A DNA stretch of 34,904 nt from a virus (lineage: Duplodnaviria > Caudoviricetes): positions 1-34,904 of the IMG/VR virus record IMGVR_UViG_3300049070_000183; one strand, written 5' to 3'. The translations under genes and the position numbers were made by a program. Below are positions 1-7,970 of this stretch, piece after piece (the first letter of the stretch is position 1; each line of letters begins with the position of its first letter). The notes beneath the pieces are model-generated. The model made no database searches, had not been told where the DNA came from, and was given only the letters and a program-made list of their open reading frames with translations.

Positions 1-127
1 AAAAAAAAACATGGCTTTCAATCTAGCAGCAATCGCCCCTTATCTTGGGGCAACGGGTCAAGCTCTCGTAGATCTTGACGAAGATACAAACGGCGCTGAA
101 GATTTCGCCGGAGCATTATTGATCTAT
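1..127. repeat. Terminal direct repeat (identical to 34778-34904); assembly overlap of a circular contig
   Basis: Exact 127-nt match between the two ends; 127 is a common assembler k-mer; the repeat lies inside a gene whose RBS (AGGAG, 34773-34777) is at the far end. Confidence 0.97.
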
Positions 128-373
128 GCCGCTGAAGTCATCGGGGCAGTGGCGAACAACGGCGACTTGCCGGAGTTTCCCGAAGTTCTGAAAAAGGGAA
201 CAACTGAAAAAATCGGCGGCGCTTTCCGGGCAACGTTGATCGTGGCGAATAGCATATTGAGCTTCGCCCGTTTTCAGGTGTCGGGCAAAGCCGCAGCGAT
301 TCTCAAATACGCATCACAGGCTATCTCTCAATTGCTGGCTAAGCAGCCAGTACAGGCCATCACAGGTCTTTGA
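11..373 (+). CDS. Ala-rich helical protein of the virion operon, function unknown
   Basis: 120 aa; RBS AGGAG across the circular join; weak internal repeat (AGALLIYAAEVI / AAAILKYASQAI). Confidence 0.75.
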   Translation: MAFNLAAIAPYLGATGQALVDLDEDTNGAEDFAGALLIYAAEVIGAVANNGDLPEFPEVLKKGTTEKIGGAFRATLIVANSILSFARFQVSGKAAAILKYASQAISQLLAKQPVQAITGL

Positions 374-440
374 TTCTTCCTCTTGCAAGTAGGGGGGAAC
401 ATTTCAACCGACTGATAATTTCTGTTTAGGGGAAAATGAC

Positions 441-905
441 ATGAAATTCAGATCGCATAGTCTTTTGTTTGTTTTGCTTATCGTAACCGCTCTCGCATTC
501 GCTTATGGCTACGGCTTGATGACCAATTCGCTTAATGCTTCAGGGCATGATCGAAATAAGAAATCAGTAGGCTTGATCAGTGAATCTATACGAATCACAG
601 CTAAAGACGGAGCGAAACCCATAGGACAATTGATCAGGGAGCAAAGCTCAATCGAAATACCGGATCAGGCAATATCGAGCTTTCATTTTCTGGTCGATCC
701 ATTCAGCGATGCGCTGATATTGCCGAGGGTCGAAGGCTTTCAGCCTTTGGGATTTCAATATGCGATCCTGCCAGGGCAGGACAAGGAATTTAAAATCCCG
801 GAGATTCCGATCAGCGCGCCGGAGGCGCTAGACTTCTTTCTGGTCAAAAGCGCGCAGGCGACTAATTTTATTGTGGTGATAGAGTTTTACCCGAAGAACA
901 GATGA
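441..905 (+). CDS. Secreted or N-terminally anchored beta-rich protein
   Basis: 154 aa; basic N-terminus then hydrophobic stretch LLFVLLIVTALAFA. Confidence 0.7.
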   Translation: MKFRSHSLLFVLLIVTALAFAYGYGLMTNSLNASGHDRNKKSVGLISESIRITAKDGAKPIGQLIREQSSIEIPDQAISSFHFLVDPFSDALILPRVEGFQPLGFQYAILPGQDKEFKIPEIPISAPEALDFFLVKSAQATNFIVVIEFYPKNR

Positions 906-1114
906 ATACGAACAAGCCGCAAACCGTTCCCATTGTGACGATTCCCGGCGACTCCGACCATATTACGATTGTCTGCCCGGTGTGCGACAAAGGTGGCGTG
1001 TGGGCTGTCCCGCATGGTTTTCAGATTGCCATACAGGGAACGTTGCTTGTGACGTGTTCAAACGGTCACAGTTGGGGGATCTATAGACCGTGGAAAAAAG
1101 ACGATGACGACTGA
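902..1114 (+). CDS. Small Zn-ribbon-like protein
   Basis: CPVC...CSNGH; ATGA overlap with upstream gene. Confidence 0.65.
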   Translation: MNTNKPQTVPIVTIPGDSDHITIVCPVCDKGGVWAVPHGFQIAIQGTLLVTCSNGHSWGIYRPWKKDDDD

Positions 1115-1610
1115 AGAAATCAAAAATCTAGTTGTCAGCAAGGCAAATCAGTACGGGATCAATCCGGGGATTGCCTTTGCCCAGATCCAGCGAGAGAGCG
1201 GCTTCAATCCGCGTGCGGTTGGTGGATCTGGCGAACGCGGTCTAGGCCAGTTCATGAAAGGCACTTGGGATCGGTTTGGCTTAGGCTCTTTTGATAACGC
1301 CTTTGATCCGGTGATGAATCTTGACGCTTGGGGCAACTACATGGTCTACCTCATGGCCTTGTTCAACGGCGATTATCTCAAAGCCCTGACCGGCTACAAC
1401 GGGGGAGAGGGTCATTTGACAGATCCGGGGAAATACGGGCCTCCATCAGCCGCGGCGAGAGCTTACGCCCAGGCGATCTATTCACAGGCCGGTTTTACTC
1501 AAAGCTCTGTCGTCTCCCTCGATCAAATAGAAGTCGCTCCCGGAGGCTTTCCGACATGGCTTATAATAGGCGCGGCTGGATTGCTGATCTGGTTCGCTTT
1601 CAGTGATTGA
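1104..1610 (+). CDS. SLT-family lytic transglycosylase with C-terminal membrane anchor
   Basis: IQRESGFNPRA (catalytic Glu), GLGQFM, ALTGYNGG motifs; C-terminal WLIIGAAGLLIWFAF. Confidence 0.92.
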   Translation: MTTEEIKNLVVSKANQYGINPGIAFAQIQRESGFNPRAVGGSGERGLGQFMKGTWDRFGLGSFDNAFDPVMNLDAWGNYMVYLMALFNGDYLKALTGYNGGEGHLTDPGKYGPPSAAARAYAQAIYSQAGFTQSSVVSLDQIEVAPGGFPTWLIIGAAGLLIWFAFSD

Positions 1611-1662
1611 GTTTTTCGATTTACTTCCCTCCGACTAACTTCCATCTTTCATCTCTCCTACG

Positions 1663-1696
1663 GGCCGTGAAGATCATTCACGGCCTTATTTTTATT
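1663..1696 (+). terminator. Intrinsic terminator ending the virion operon
   Basis: GGCCGTGAA/TTCACGGCC stem followed by TTATTTTTATT. Confidence 0.75.
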
Positions 1697-1790
1697 CTCT
1701 GATTGAATTACAATTCACCGGGAAGGAACATTTGCGCGCATGAGCCGGTCATCCCGGCGGCGCGATTCTAAGCGAGGAAATACTGTACGG

Positions 1791-1824
1791 CGGGGAGACT
1801 GTAAGCGATCTCCCCGTTTTTTTT
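1791..1824 (+). terminator. Second + strand intrinsic terminator
   Basis: CGGGGAGA/TCTCCCCG stem followed by T8. Confidence 0.75.
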
Positions 1825-1939
1825 GCGTTTTAAAGCCCTCTGGCGATTTTGCCCTTGTCAGGAGTCAGACAGGTTTCATGTCTTTCGACAGTGGCGAGCC
1901 AGTGAAGAGTATGGGGCGTTGTGGGCTGAAGCGGGAAAG

Positions 1940-1975
1940 AGAGAAGCCGTCAAGGTTGCTCCTGACGGCTTCTCT
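1940..1975. terminator. 13-bp perfect hairpin, possible - strand terminator
   Basis: AGAGAAGCCGTCA / TGACGGCTTCTCT, 10-nt loop. Confidence 0.55.
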
Positions 1976-2077
1976 GGCGATCTAGATAAATCGCTTGGTT
2001 GATACCCCATAGTTTGACACCCCCTTACACTATCACTTTTGATTATCGAACAGGAGTAGACAGTTTTGGGGAGAGAC

Positions 2078-2131
2078 AAAGAGAAAAGCCGCCAAGCTTG
2101 CCTCCCCTAAGCTAGACTCGACGGCTTCTCT
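2078..2131 (-). terminator. Terminator-like hairpin at end of the long leftward operon
   Basis: On - strand AAGCCGTCG...TGGCGGCTT (G-U pairs fit - strand) followed by TTCTCTTT. Confidence 0.6.
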
Positions 2132-2158
2132 GTGGTTCACGCTACGGAGGGGAGTATA

Positions 2159-2455
2159 TCACAAAGATCGGGCGCGGATCTCAGTTTCGATATATTCAGC
2201 GACCTCAATCTGAGTTCGGCCATATTGAAGTTTCTCAGGCCGTTGGCTTAATTCTTCTTTCACCATGTGGACGATCTCTGCGCATGCTTCCCTTTCTTCC
2301 TCGATGGCGGCTGAGAATTTCTCTCTTATGATTTCCCTGATCTGATTGCGTTGTTGACCGCTCAATGAGACGCGAGCATTGATCAAGTCAAGGGCCATCT
2401 CCATTCTTCTTTTTTGATTTGTGTTTTCCTGCCTTCCGATCATTTCCGGTGTCAT
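2159..2455 (-). CDS. Phage hypothetical protein, EREACA...IRAR family
   Basis: 98 aa; GGAGG upstream; paralogous to 4372-4707 and 5224-5526. Confidence 0.75.
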   Translation of the reverse strand: MTPEMIGRQENTNQKRRMEMALDLINARVSLSGQQRNQIREIIREKFSAAIEEEREACAEIVHMVKEELSQRPEKLQYGRTQIEVAEYIETEIRARSL

Positions 2456-2506
2456 CGGTTCATTTCCTCCAAAAGTTTCTGAATCGCTCGGCGTTTAAGG
2501 CTGTGT

Positions 2507-3007
2507 CTATTTTCTATCAGGGAAAGCCCACAAGTGAACAGGGACATAATGATCTACCGGACTTACATCATCCCATATGTTCTTTGGGCCTTTGTTCAAT
2601 ATGCCCTTCAAGCGTCGTGGGTGACCAGGGAATAAATAATCTTCATCCTCGAAAAACTCATTCTGATTCCATTCCGGCCTATGGGTCAGTATAAACAACG
2701 ATTCCAGCGTCATCAGAAAAGCGGATACAATCCGAATCCAAGCGAGCTTCAATCCTTCTTCTTTGGCTCGATTGAAGCAATGATGATTTCGCCATCGCTC
2801 TTGTAATCGAATCGCTTTGCCGACGTAGACTGGTTTTCCTTCTTTGTTCAAAATGAAATAGATGGCTGAATCAGACGGAAGATTCTTTATAAAGTCGCTG
2901 TCTGCCAAATCGACAAAGGGCAACTCCGAGAAATCAATATTGGCAGCATAGAATTGCGAGTCTTCAACACCGGTCAAAATACCCGTCAGGAGTAGTGTTA
3001 AATCCAT
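2507..3007 (-). CDS. GIY-YIG nuclease-domain protein
   Basis: LPSDSAIYFI...VYVGKAIRLQERWRNH, later E and P-x-WN. Confidence 0.85.
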   Translation of the reverse strand: MDLTLLLTGILTGVEDSQFYAANIDFSELPFVDLADSDFIKNLPSDSAIYFILNKEGKPVYVGKAIRLQERWRNHHCFNRAKEEGLKLAWIRIVSAFLMTLESLFILTHRPEWNQNEFFEDEDYLFPGHPRRLKGILNKGPKNIWDDVSPVDHYVPVHLWAFPDRK

Positions 3008-3030
3008 GAGCGTAGTGTATCATAAACACC

Positions 3031-3053
3031 TGTCAAAGATCAGACATTTGACA
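3031..3053. promoter_or_regulatory. Inverted repeat upstream of resolvase; candidate res subsite or divergent promoter
   Basis: TGTCAAA-N9-TTTGACA in the AT-rich gap between divergent genes. Confidence 0.45.
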
Positions 3054-3097
3054 TACTATTTTTGCACATACAGTCACACTCTATTTTTGGAGGATTT

Positions 3098-3682
3098 ATG
3101 GACACCATCAGGGCGGGCATCTACGCGAGAGTTTCAACCAAAGATCAGTCAACCGATATGCAGCTTGACGCGCTGAGAAAATATTGCGCCCAACGTGGCT
3201 GGAAGATCGTCCACGAAGAGAGCGAGACGGCCAGCGGCGCTAAGACCACACGACCGAAGAGGGCCACAATGATCTTGCTTGCCAAGCAACGTAAGATCGA
3301 CACCATTGTCGTTTGGAAGCTCGACAGGTGGGGCCGGTCTACCGTTGATGTAATCAATACCGTTGAAGAATTGAAAGCCTATGGCGTGTCGTTCGTTTCT
3401 GTGACCGAAGCTATAGACCTAAGCACGCCAATGGGCCAAGCGTTTCTGACTATCCTTTCGGCTCTGGCTCAGATGGAAAGAGAATTGATCAAGGAGCGGG
3501 TCAAGGCGGGTGTCGAACGTTACCGGGAAATCAACGGCGAGTGGGGTAGACCGAAAAGCGCCAGGGCGAAGGCCGATCAAGTGAAAGAGCTTTACGCGCT
3601 GGCTTGGAGTAAAAGCAAGATTGCAAAAACTGTTGGAATAAGTAGGGCGTCTGTCATTCGGATTCTGGCAGACGCCTCTTGA
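3098..3682 (+). CDS. Small serine recombinase (resolvase/invertase family) with C-terminal HTH
   Basis: IYARVST catalytic Ser, VVWKLDRWGRS, ERELIKERVKAG, C-terminal IAKTVGISRASVIR; start moved to ATG 3098 after GGAGG. Confidence 0.95.
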   Translation: MDTIRAGIYARVSTKDQSTDMQLDALRKYCAQRGWKIVHEESETASGAKTTRPKRATMILLAKQRKIDTIVVWKLDRWGRSTVDVINTVEELKAYGVSFVSVTEAIDLSTPMGQAFLTILSALAQMERELIKERVKAGVERYREINGEWGRPKSARAKADQVKELYALAWSKSKIAKTVGISRASVIRILADAS

Positions 3683-3715
3683 TCAATCTTTACAAAAACA
3701 GGCTTATGTAAAGAG

Positions 3716-3931
3716 TTAAACCCATGTCCATACAACATCGGGTAAATCTCCACATCCACACTTTTCGCACTTCGTTTCATAGGCAATTGAGACTTTGCGA
3801 ATACGTCTTTCCCCTGTTCTCTTACGATGCTTTGAATGAAAGAACATGCATCGAAGGAAAAACAATGTGGACTCCATCTTTTCGATTCGAGAGAGTGAAT
3901 CATAGTTTTTATCGTAACGTTGCAATCTCAT
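3716..3931 (-). CDS. Hypothetical protein with Cys/His motif
   Basis: 71 aa; CMFFH...CEKCG; GGGGAG upstream; fits operon packing. Confidence 0.55.
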   Translation of the reverse strand: MRLQRYDKNYDSLSRIEKMESTLFFLRCMFFHSKHRKRTGERRIRKVSIAYETKCEKCGCGDLPDVVWTWV

Positions 3932-3937
3932 CTCCCC

Positions 3938-4165
3938 TCACTCTCCTTTCTTCTCTCCATAGTCCAGTTTTTCCCACACGCAAAAGAACGCTTCTTGTGT
4001 GACTCGCTCTATCGTGTGGAGCTTCCATCCATCGCGGGCCTGAGCGTTCAGGTATTCATCCAGTCTCGATAGATCAAGCCCGCAATGAAACATTTGAGTC
4101 TCATACATGAACGGATTGGTTAGGCGTCCGATTGCCATCATCGGCTTTGGGTTTTTGTTCCACAT
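3938..4165 (-). CDS. Small hypothetical protein (DUF4177-like pattern)
   Basis: LDEYLNAQARDGWKL motif. Confidence 0.6.
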   Translation of the reverse strand: MWNKNPKPMMAIGRLTNPFMYETQMFHCGLDLSRLDEYLNAQARDGWKLHTIERVTQEAFFCVWEKLDYGEKKGE

Positions 4166-4168
4166 GAT

Positions 4169-4375
4169 CTATTCCCCTTTCTCCGACCGTCGCCAATGGG
4201 TAGGCGTGTAATAGACATACATCGCGGTGTCGGGCAAAAACCACAAGCGGCCTTGTCTTAGCAGTGGTTGAATATTTCGCTCTTCCTTGTCGTCGTCAAT
4301 TTTTGTCTCAACAACTTCGCCATCGGGCGGTAACTGGTCTTTGCATTTGATCCACTCGTTTTCCATCTTCTTCAA
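4169..4375 (-). CDS. DUF551-like phage protein
   Basis: WIKCKDQLP...PTHWR motif. Confidence 0.75.
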   Translation of the reverse strand: MKKMENEWIKCKDQLPPDGEVVETKIDDDKEERNIQPLLRQGRLWFLPDTAMYVYYTPTHWRRSEKGE

Positions 4376-4707
4376 TCTCCCTTCTGTTGGTTGTTTTCAG
4401 ACTCCGACCGGGCGCGGATCTTGCGTGTAATTTCCTTTGCTGTCTTCATTGCCTTTTCTTCGATCACAACAGCAAGATCGTTTCTCCTCAATCTCTCCAT
4501 CTCGCCAGCGTGATAACCGGCCTCTTCGTCGCCAAGTTTCGCACACACTTCCCGCTCATGTTTGCAGCATTCCCGCGATTTGCGCTCTTCTTCAATTGCG
4601 GAGTTGATGGCTTGCTTGATTATCGTAATCGCTTCAAGTGGCAAGCGGCCCCATCCCGCATTGTCTATCGTCTCAATCAACTCAATCGCTCTCTCTCTCG
4701 GTGTCAT
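4372..4707 (-). CDS. Phage hypothetical protein, EREACA...IRAR family
   Basis: EREVCAKL...IRARS; GGAGG RBS; ATGA coupling. Confidence 0.75.
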   Translation of the reverse strand: MTPRERAIELIETIDNAGWGRLPLEAITIIKQAINSAIEEERKSRECCKHEREVCAKLGDEEAGYHAGEMERLRRNDLAVVIEEKAMKTAKEITRKIRARSESENNQQKGD

Positions 4708-4925
4708 CTCTCGACCTCCATTTTTCGTTCGTTCAAAATCTGAATTTCTATATCCGTCTCAACCGTCTCTTCAACATCAAGAATAAACTGTGGATGCGCT
4801 CCTGTACTTACCGTCACGTAGGATTTTATATTTCGCGCCGTCTCGACTTCTAGAATGATCATCTTCAATCCTTCAATCAATTCGGCTCGATCAGTGGCTA
4901 GTAAACGTAGATTTAGATAGATCAT
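4704..4925 (-). CDS. Hypothetical protein
   Basis: Start moved to ATG 4925 (GGAGG, ATGA coupling). Confidence 0.65.
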   Translation of the reverse strand: MIYLNLRLLATDRAELIEGLKMIILEVETARNIKSYVTVSTGAHPQFILDVEETVETDIEIQILNERKMEVER

Positions 4926-5134
4926 CTCTCGACCTCCTTTACTTCTGCCTTCGCAAACCATAAGCCAAGATCACGAAAGATCGGCTTCAGATGATCGGTG
5001 TATTCCTGATTCACCCAAACGCGGTGAGTAAATGGCGTCTTCTCATATCGAAATGAAACGCCGCAATCAATCAAGACTCCGACCAGTTCTTTTATTTGAT
5101 CACTGTCGGTCAATTCGTAAGCGTCAACGGTCAT
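4922..5134 (-). CDS. Hypothetical protein
   Basis: 70 aa; coupled to neighbours. Confidence 0.65.
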   Translation of the reverse strand: MTVDAYELTDSDQIKELVGVLIDCGVSFRYEKTPFTHRVWVNQEYTDHLKPIFRDLGLWFAKAEVKEVER

Positions 5135-5137
5135 CTC

Positions 5138-5227
5138 TCACCCCTTTCTTATCTCTCGCGGCGCGACCAGTGCGAGAAAAATCAAAACTAGCATCACAGC
5201 AATAAAAACAAGCAAGGCAATAATCAT
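5138..5227 (-). CDS. 29-aa single-TM peptide (absent from ORF track)
   Basis: MIIALLVFIAVMLVLIFLALVAPREIRKG; GGAGGG RBS; ATGA overlap. Confidence 0.65.
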   Translation of the reverse strand: MIIALLVFIAVMLVLIFLALVAPREIRKG

Positions 5228-5526
5228 CTCTTCCCCTCCTTCCCTTCTGTTTGTTCTGTCTGGCCAGCCAGGGCGCGGATTTCTCGGCCAAGTTTTGCAG
5301 CGGTAACAATGCAGGCAGAGTATCGCGTTGCTGTTTCCAAATCGCCCCTTTGTTTATATCCCATACCCAGGTAATCAAGGCGGATTGATTCATCGTCTGT
5401 GAGCTTCGCACAGTCTTCGATCTGATCACGGAGGGCTTGTAAGATGATGGCTTCACTCTGTTCGCCTGACAAATTAGGCTCATTGATTGTGTCCCAGGCT
5501 TTAAACGCTCTCTCTTCAACGGTCAT
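5224..5526 (-). CDS. Phage hypothetical protein, EREACA...IRAR-related
   Basis: IEDCAKL...EIRAL; AGGAG RBS. Confidence 0.7.
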   Translation of the reverse strand: MTVEERAFKAWDTINEPNLSGEQSEAIILQALRDQIEDCAKLTDDESIRLDYLGMGYKQRGDLETATRYSACIVTAAKLGREIRALAGQTEQTEGKEGKR

Positions 5527-5545
5527 CGCATCTCTCCTTTCTACT

Positions 5546-5638
5546 CTATGGTTGTCTGTGTTTTGATCCGGCGACGATCACAGCGCCGATCAGCCATAAA
5601 ACAAAAACAACTACGATTACGACAATCAGGATTGTCAT
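5546..5638 (-). CDS. 30-aa single-TM peptide (absent from ORF track)
   Basis: MTILIVVIVVVFVLWLIGAVIVAGSKHRQP; GGAG RBS; ATGA overlap. Confidence 0.65.
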   Translation of the reverse strand: MTILIVVIVVVFVLWLIGAVIVAGSKHRQP

Positions 5639-5895
5639 ACAATCTCTCCCTTCAACCATCGTTTGACTGTTTCTTGATTCGCTCGATCTTCTTCAAGCTC
5701 TCTCATGCACATCGAACAAAGACCGCCATTGCCTTCGGCGCACCAAGCTATTTCCGAATCGAGTTTTACTGGCTCCGGCTTTCTGGTCATCTCTCCCCAG
5801 ATAATTCCGTTCAACTCTTTCGGCAACTGACCGTGATAACGCCGGAAGATTCTGAAGGCCAAACGCAATAGGATATTCGCATATCGTCGGTTCAT
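5635..5895 (-). CDS. Hypothetical protein with Cys motif
   Basis: Start at ATG 5895 after AGGAGG; C...CSMC. Confidence 0.6.
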   Translation of the reverse strand: MNRRYANILLRLAFRIFRRYHGQLPKELNGIIWGEMTRKPEPVKLDSEIAWCAEGNGGLCSMCMRELEEDRANQETVKRWLKGEIV

Positions 5896-6134
5896 GATGG
5901 ACCTCCTTTCCAATATCCGAATATCCGTTCCATGTCCGCAACTTGCTGCAAGGCGTCTGCATGTTGGATCAGCAACATCAGGCGCTTTTCTTCTTCGATG
6001 ATTCGTTTCTGCGCGTCTTCGTCCTTATTTTTGCGGGCTTCGAGATATTTGCCTCGCAAATCCATCATCTGATTGGCTAGCGACTCATCAACCGTGCAAC
6101 CAATCCAACTTACTCCGGTAAAATGATGAAGCAT
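5892..6134 (-). CDS. Hypothetical coiled-coil protein
   Basis: 80 aa; AGGAG RBS. Confidence 0.65.
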   Translation of the reverse strand: MLHHFTGVSWIGCTVDESLANQMMDLRGKYLEARKNKDEDAQKRIIEEEKRLMLLIQHADALQQVADMERIFGYWKGGPS

Positions 6135-6145
6135 GCTTTTCTCCT

Positions 6146-6520
6146 TTAGCTAAATCCGACTGATGTGAAATCCCACCCTTCAGTGTCTTTCCACATGTCT
6201 GAAAGATAAGACGATCCGTAGCGGGGATCATCCCGAAGATAATCATAGTGATTCTTCTTGCCCCTCGATCTCTCGATCATTGCGATGAAATCATCAAGGC
6301 TAATCTCTCGCCTGTATTCATCGAAAATCTTTCCCTCTTTCAAGGCTTCCTTCCATTGCTCCCAACTACCAATGATGATGGTCTGATTCCAGTCCTCATC
6401 ACTCTTCGCATGGCCTCGAAAAGAAAATTGCCATCCCATAGAGTGTTTACCGATATGCCTTTCATCGTATCGGCCACAATGAGCGCAGGCGTTGTATCTG
6501 TGATAGTAATTCGTTCCCAT
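6146..6520 (-). CDS. Conserved phage protein of unknown function
   Basis: MGTNYY...CAHCGR...HIGKHSMGWQFSF...IFDEY pattern; start at ATG 6520 after AGGAG. Confidence 0.75.
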   Translation of the reverse strand: MGTNYYHRYNACAHCGRYDERHIGKHSMGWQFSFRGHAKSDEDWNQTIIIGSWEQWKEALKEGKIFDEYRREISLDDFIAMIERSRGKKNHYDYLRDDPRYGSSYLSDMWKDTEGWDFTSVGFS

Positions 6521-6531
6521 GATCTCTCCTT

Positions 6532-6783
6532 TCAACTTTCCATCTCGCAAACTATCCGCCATTGTTTGAGAAGCCGGCGCTTTGCCAACTTTAGACGCCA
6601 TCGCAGAAACGCCCCTACACTGACAAGTTCAAAAGCTGCATAGCGCCCTCTCGGTGTTTCAGCAACGATAGAAATACGCCAGTAAATAAGAGAGCTTGTG
6701 TCAATCGAAAACTGAGTATCGCTCTCGGCCTTTTGCTTCCGGTACTCTTCGATGTGTGCGAGCTTCAAGGGTGAGTCTGTCAA
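6532..6783 (-). CDS. Hypothetical protein
   Basis: TTG start after AGGAGG; 83 aa. Confidence 0.6.
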   Translation of the reverse strand: MTDSPLKLAHIEEYRKQKAESDTQFSIDTSSLIYWRISIVAETPRGRYAAFELVSVGAFLRWRLKLAKRRLLKQWRIVCEMES

Positions 6784-6914
6784 AACGACCTCCTTCTGTC
6801 GTCTTCAATCCGTTTGACTCTCTTTTCAAGATTGTCAATTTTTATTTCTGTTAAACGAATCGCTAATGCAGCCACTAAACCAAGAATGATTATTGATGCC
6901 CATATCCAAGTCAT
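6780..6914 (-). CDS. 44-aa TM plus coiled-coil peptide (absent from ORF track)
   Basis: MTWIWASIIILGLVAALAIRLTEIKIDNLEKRVKRIEDDRRRSF; GGAGGT RBS; overlaps both neighbours by 4 nt. Confidence 0.7.
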   Translation of the reverse strand: MTWIWASIIILGLVAALAIRLTEIKIDNLEKRVKRIEDDRRRSF

Positions 6915-7204
6915 GCCGCTTTCACCTCCTGTTGTTTATTCTTCTTCCAGATTTTTCCTTTGCCGTTTAGATCAATCGCGGCTGACCATATCAGGTTATA
7001 GAGCCGCGACATCTGATGATTAAGCTCTCCCACTTCGCCCGGAGGCGTCCCAGGCGGACGACCTCCCAACGGTTCGCCTCTCTGATGGGCCAAGAGAATG
7101 TCATAGAGCCGATCTGTAAAATTACATTCGGCCTTCGCTCTGGCCATGATGTCGTCTGAAGATTCTTGTCTGTAGTCAAGTTTAGTGCCGTTATGATTTC
7201 CCAC
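6911..7204 (-). CDS. Hypothetical protein
   Basis: GTG start after AGGAG; 97 aa. Confidence 0.65.
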   Translation of the reverse strand: MGNHNGTKLDYRQESSDDIMARAKAECNFTDRLYDILLAHQRGEPLGGRPPGTPPGEVGELNHQMSRLYNLIWSAAIDLNGKGKIWKKNKQQEVKAA

Positions 7205-7238
7205 GATTTTTAAACTCCTTGTGATATTGCGTTAAGGC

Positions 7239-7655
7239 TTAGCCCCGTTTGCGTCGTCGTCCCGTACAAATAGAACATTTCGGAATAAGACCTAAGCCTT
7301 TTTTGAATCCAACCACGTCGTAATTATGGCCGCGCTTGCATCTGTACTCTTCCGATCTCCGCTTTAGATTTTCAGCGAGCGTTACAGCTTCCAAGTGTTT
7401 TGGATTGCAGCATGCGCGGTTTCTGCACTTGTGTTCGATTGTGTAACCGTCTGGAATTTCGCCAATAAACACGGCGTAAGCGAGCCGATGAATCAAGACG
7501 TACCGGGCGCCATTCCATTTTCTTTCTACCGCTCCGTATCCGTATCGAGGATCAATTTTTCCTTTCCAGTTCCAACAGCCGTTGTGATCAATCTCGATAA
7601 ATAGATCAAACAGATCCAGCGTTTTTGTCTTGTTCTGAATGGCCGCTCTTTTCAT
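7239..7655 (-). CDS. HNH endonuclease (homing-type, HNH_3-like)
   Basis: GCWNWKG...GYG...HRLAY...[21 protein letters not shown]-terminal CKRGH...CSIC; start moved to ATG 7655. Confidence 0.92.
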   Translation of the reverse strand: MKRAAIQNKTKTLDLFDLFIEIDHNGCWNWKGKIDPRYGYGAVERKWNGARYVLIHRLAYAVFIGEIPDGYTIEHKCRNRACCNPKHLEAVTLAENLKRRSEEYRCKRGHNYDVVGFKKGLGLIPKCSICTGRRRKRG

Positions 7656-7674
7656 TCCAGTTGATTCCCTTCTC

Positions 7675-7968
7675 CTAAAACTTCCAATCGTCAAAATGAC
7701 CGTAACCCTCTGAAGCGATCTGAGGGCAATGAGAATGCCTGCCGGTCTTCCCGCTGTATGGCTCGATGTCTTCAATCTTGACGACCAATTCTTTCGCGCA
7801 CGTCGGACAGTGGCCGAGGGTTATCAAGATCTCCGGCTTGAGCTTGCGAATCTGATCTCCAAACTTGCGGGCGATCTCAGGAGGGCTGACAAACAGTTGG
7901 CCATTCTCGACTTTGATCTGTCCGCCCTGACATATTGCTGAAAGTAATTTTTCGATTTCGGTTGTCAT
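7675..7968 (-). CDS. Small protein (TubC N-terminal docking-like plus Zn ribbon)
   Basis: [13 protein letters not shown]...IRKLKPEIL then CPTC...HC. Confidence 0.55.
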   Translation of the reverse strand: MTTEIEKLLSAICQGGQIKVENGQLFVSPPEIARKFGDQIRKLKPEILITLGHCPTCAKELVVKIEDIEPYSGKTGRHSHCPQIASEGYGHFDDWKF

Positions 7969-7970
7969 GG

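Noticed and set aside
1744-1760. Twister-like GCCGGTC..CCGG element
   Set aside because: Other conserved twister nucleotides and pseudoknot pairings could not be found
1845-1854. Third GATTTTGCCC copy matching the candidate att arm site
   Set aside because: Isolated 10-mer far from the integrase; plausible by chance
1740-2079. ORFs 1740-1985 (+) and 1876-2079 (-)
   Set aside because: They run through strong hairpins or terminators and lack protein-like features
2013-3037. Invertible segment bounded by TTTGACA / TGTCAAA next to the serine recombinase
   Set aside because: Only 7 bp match with different flanking spacing; much shorter than hix/gix-type sites
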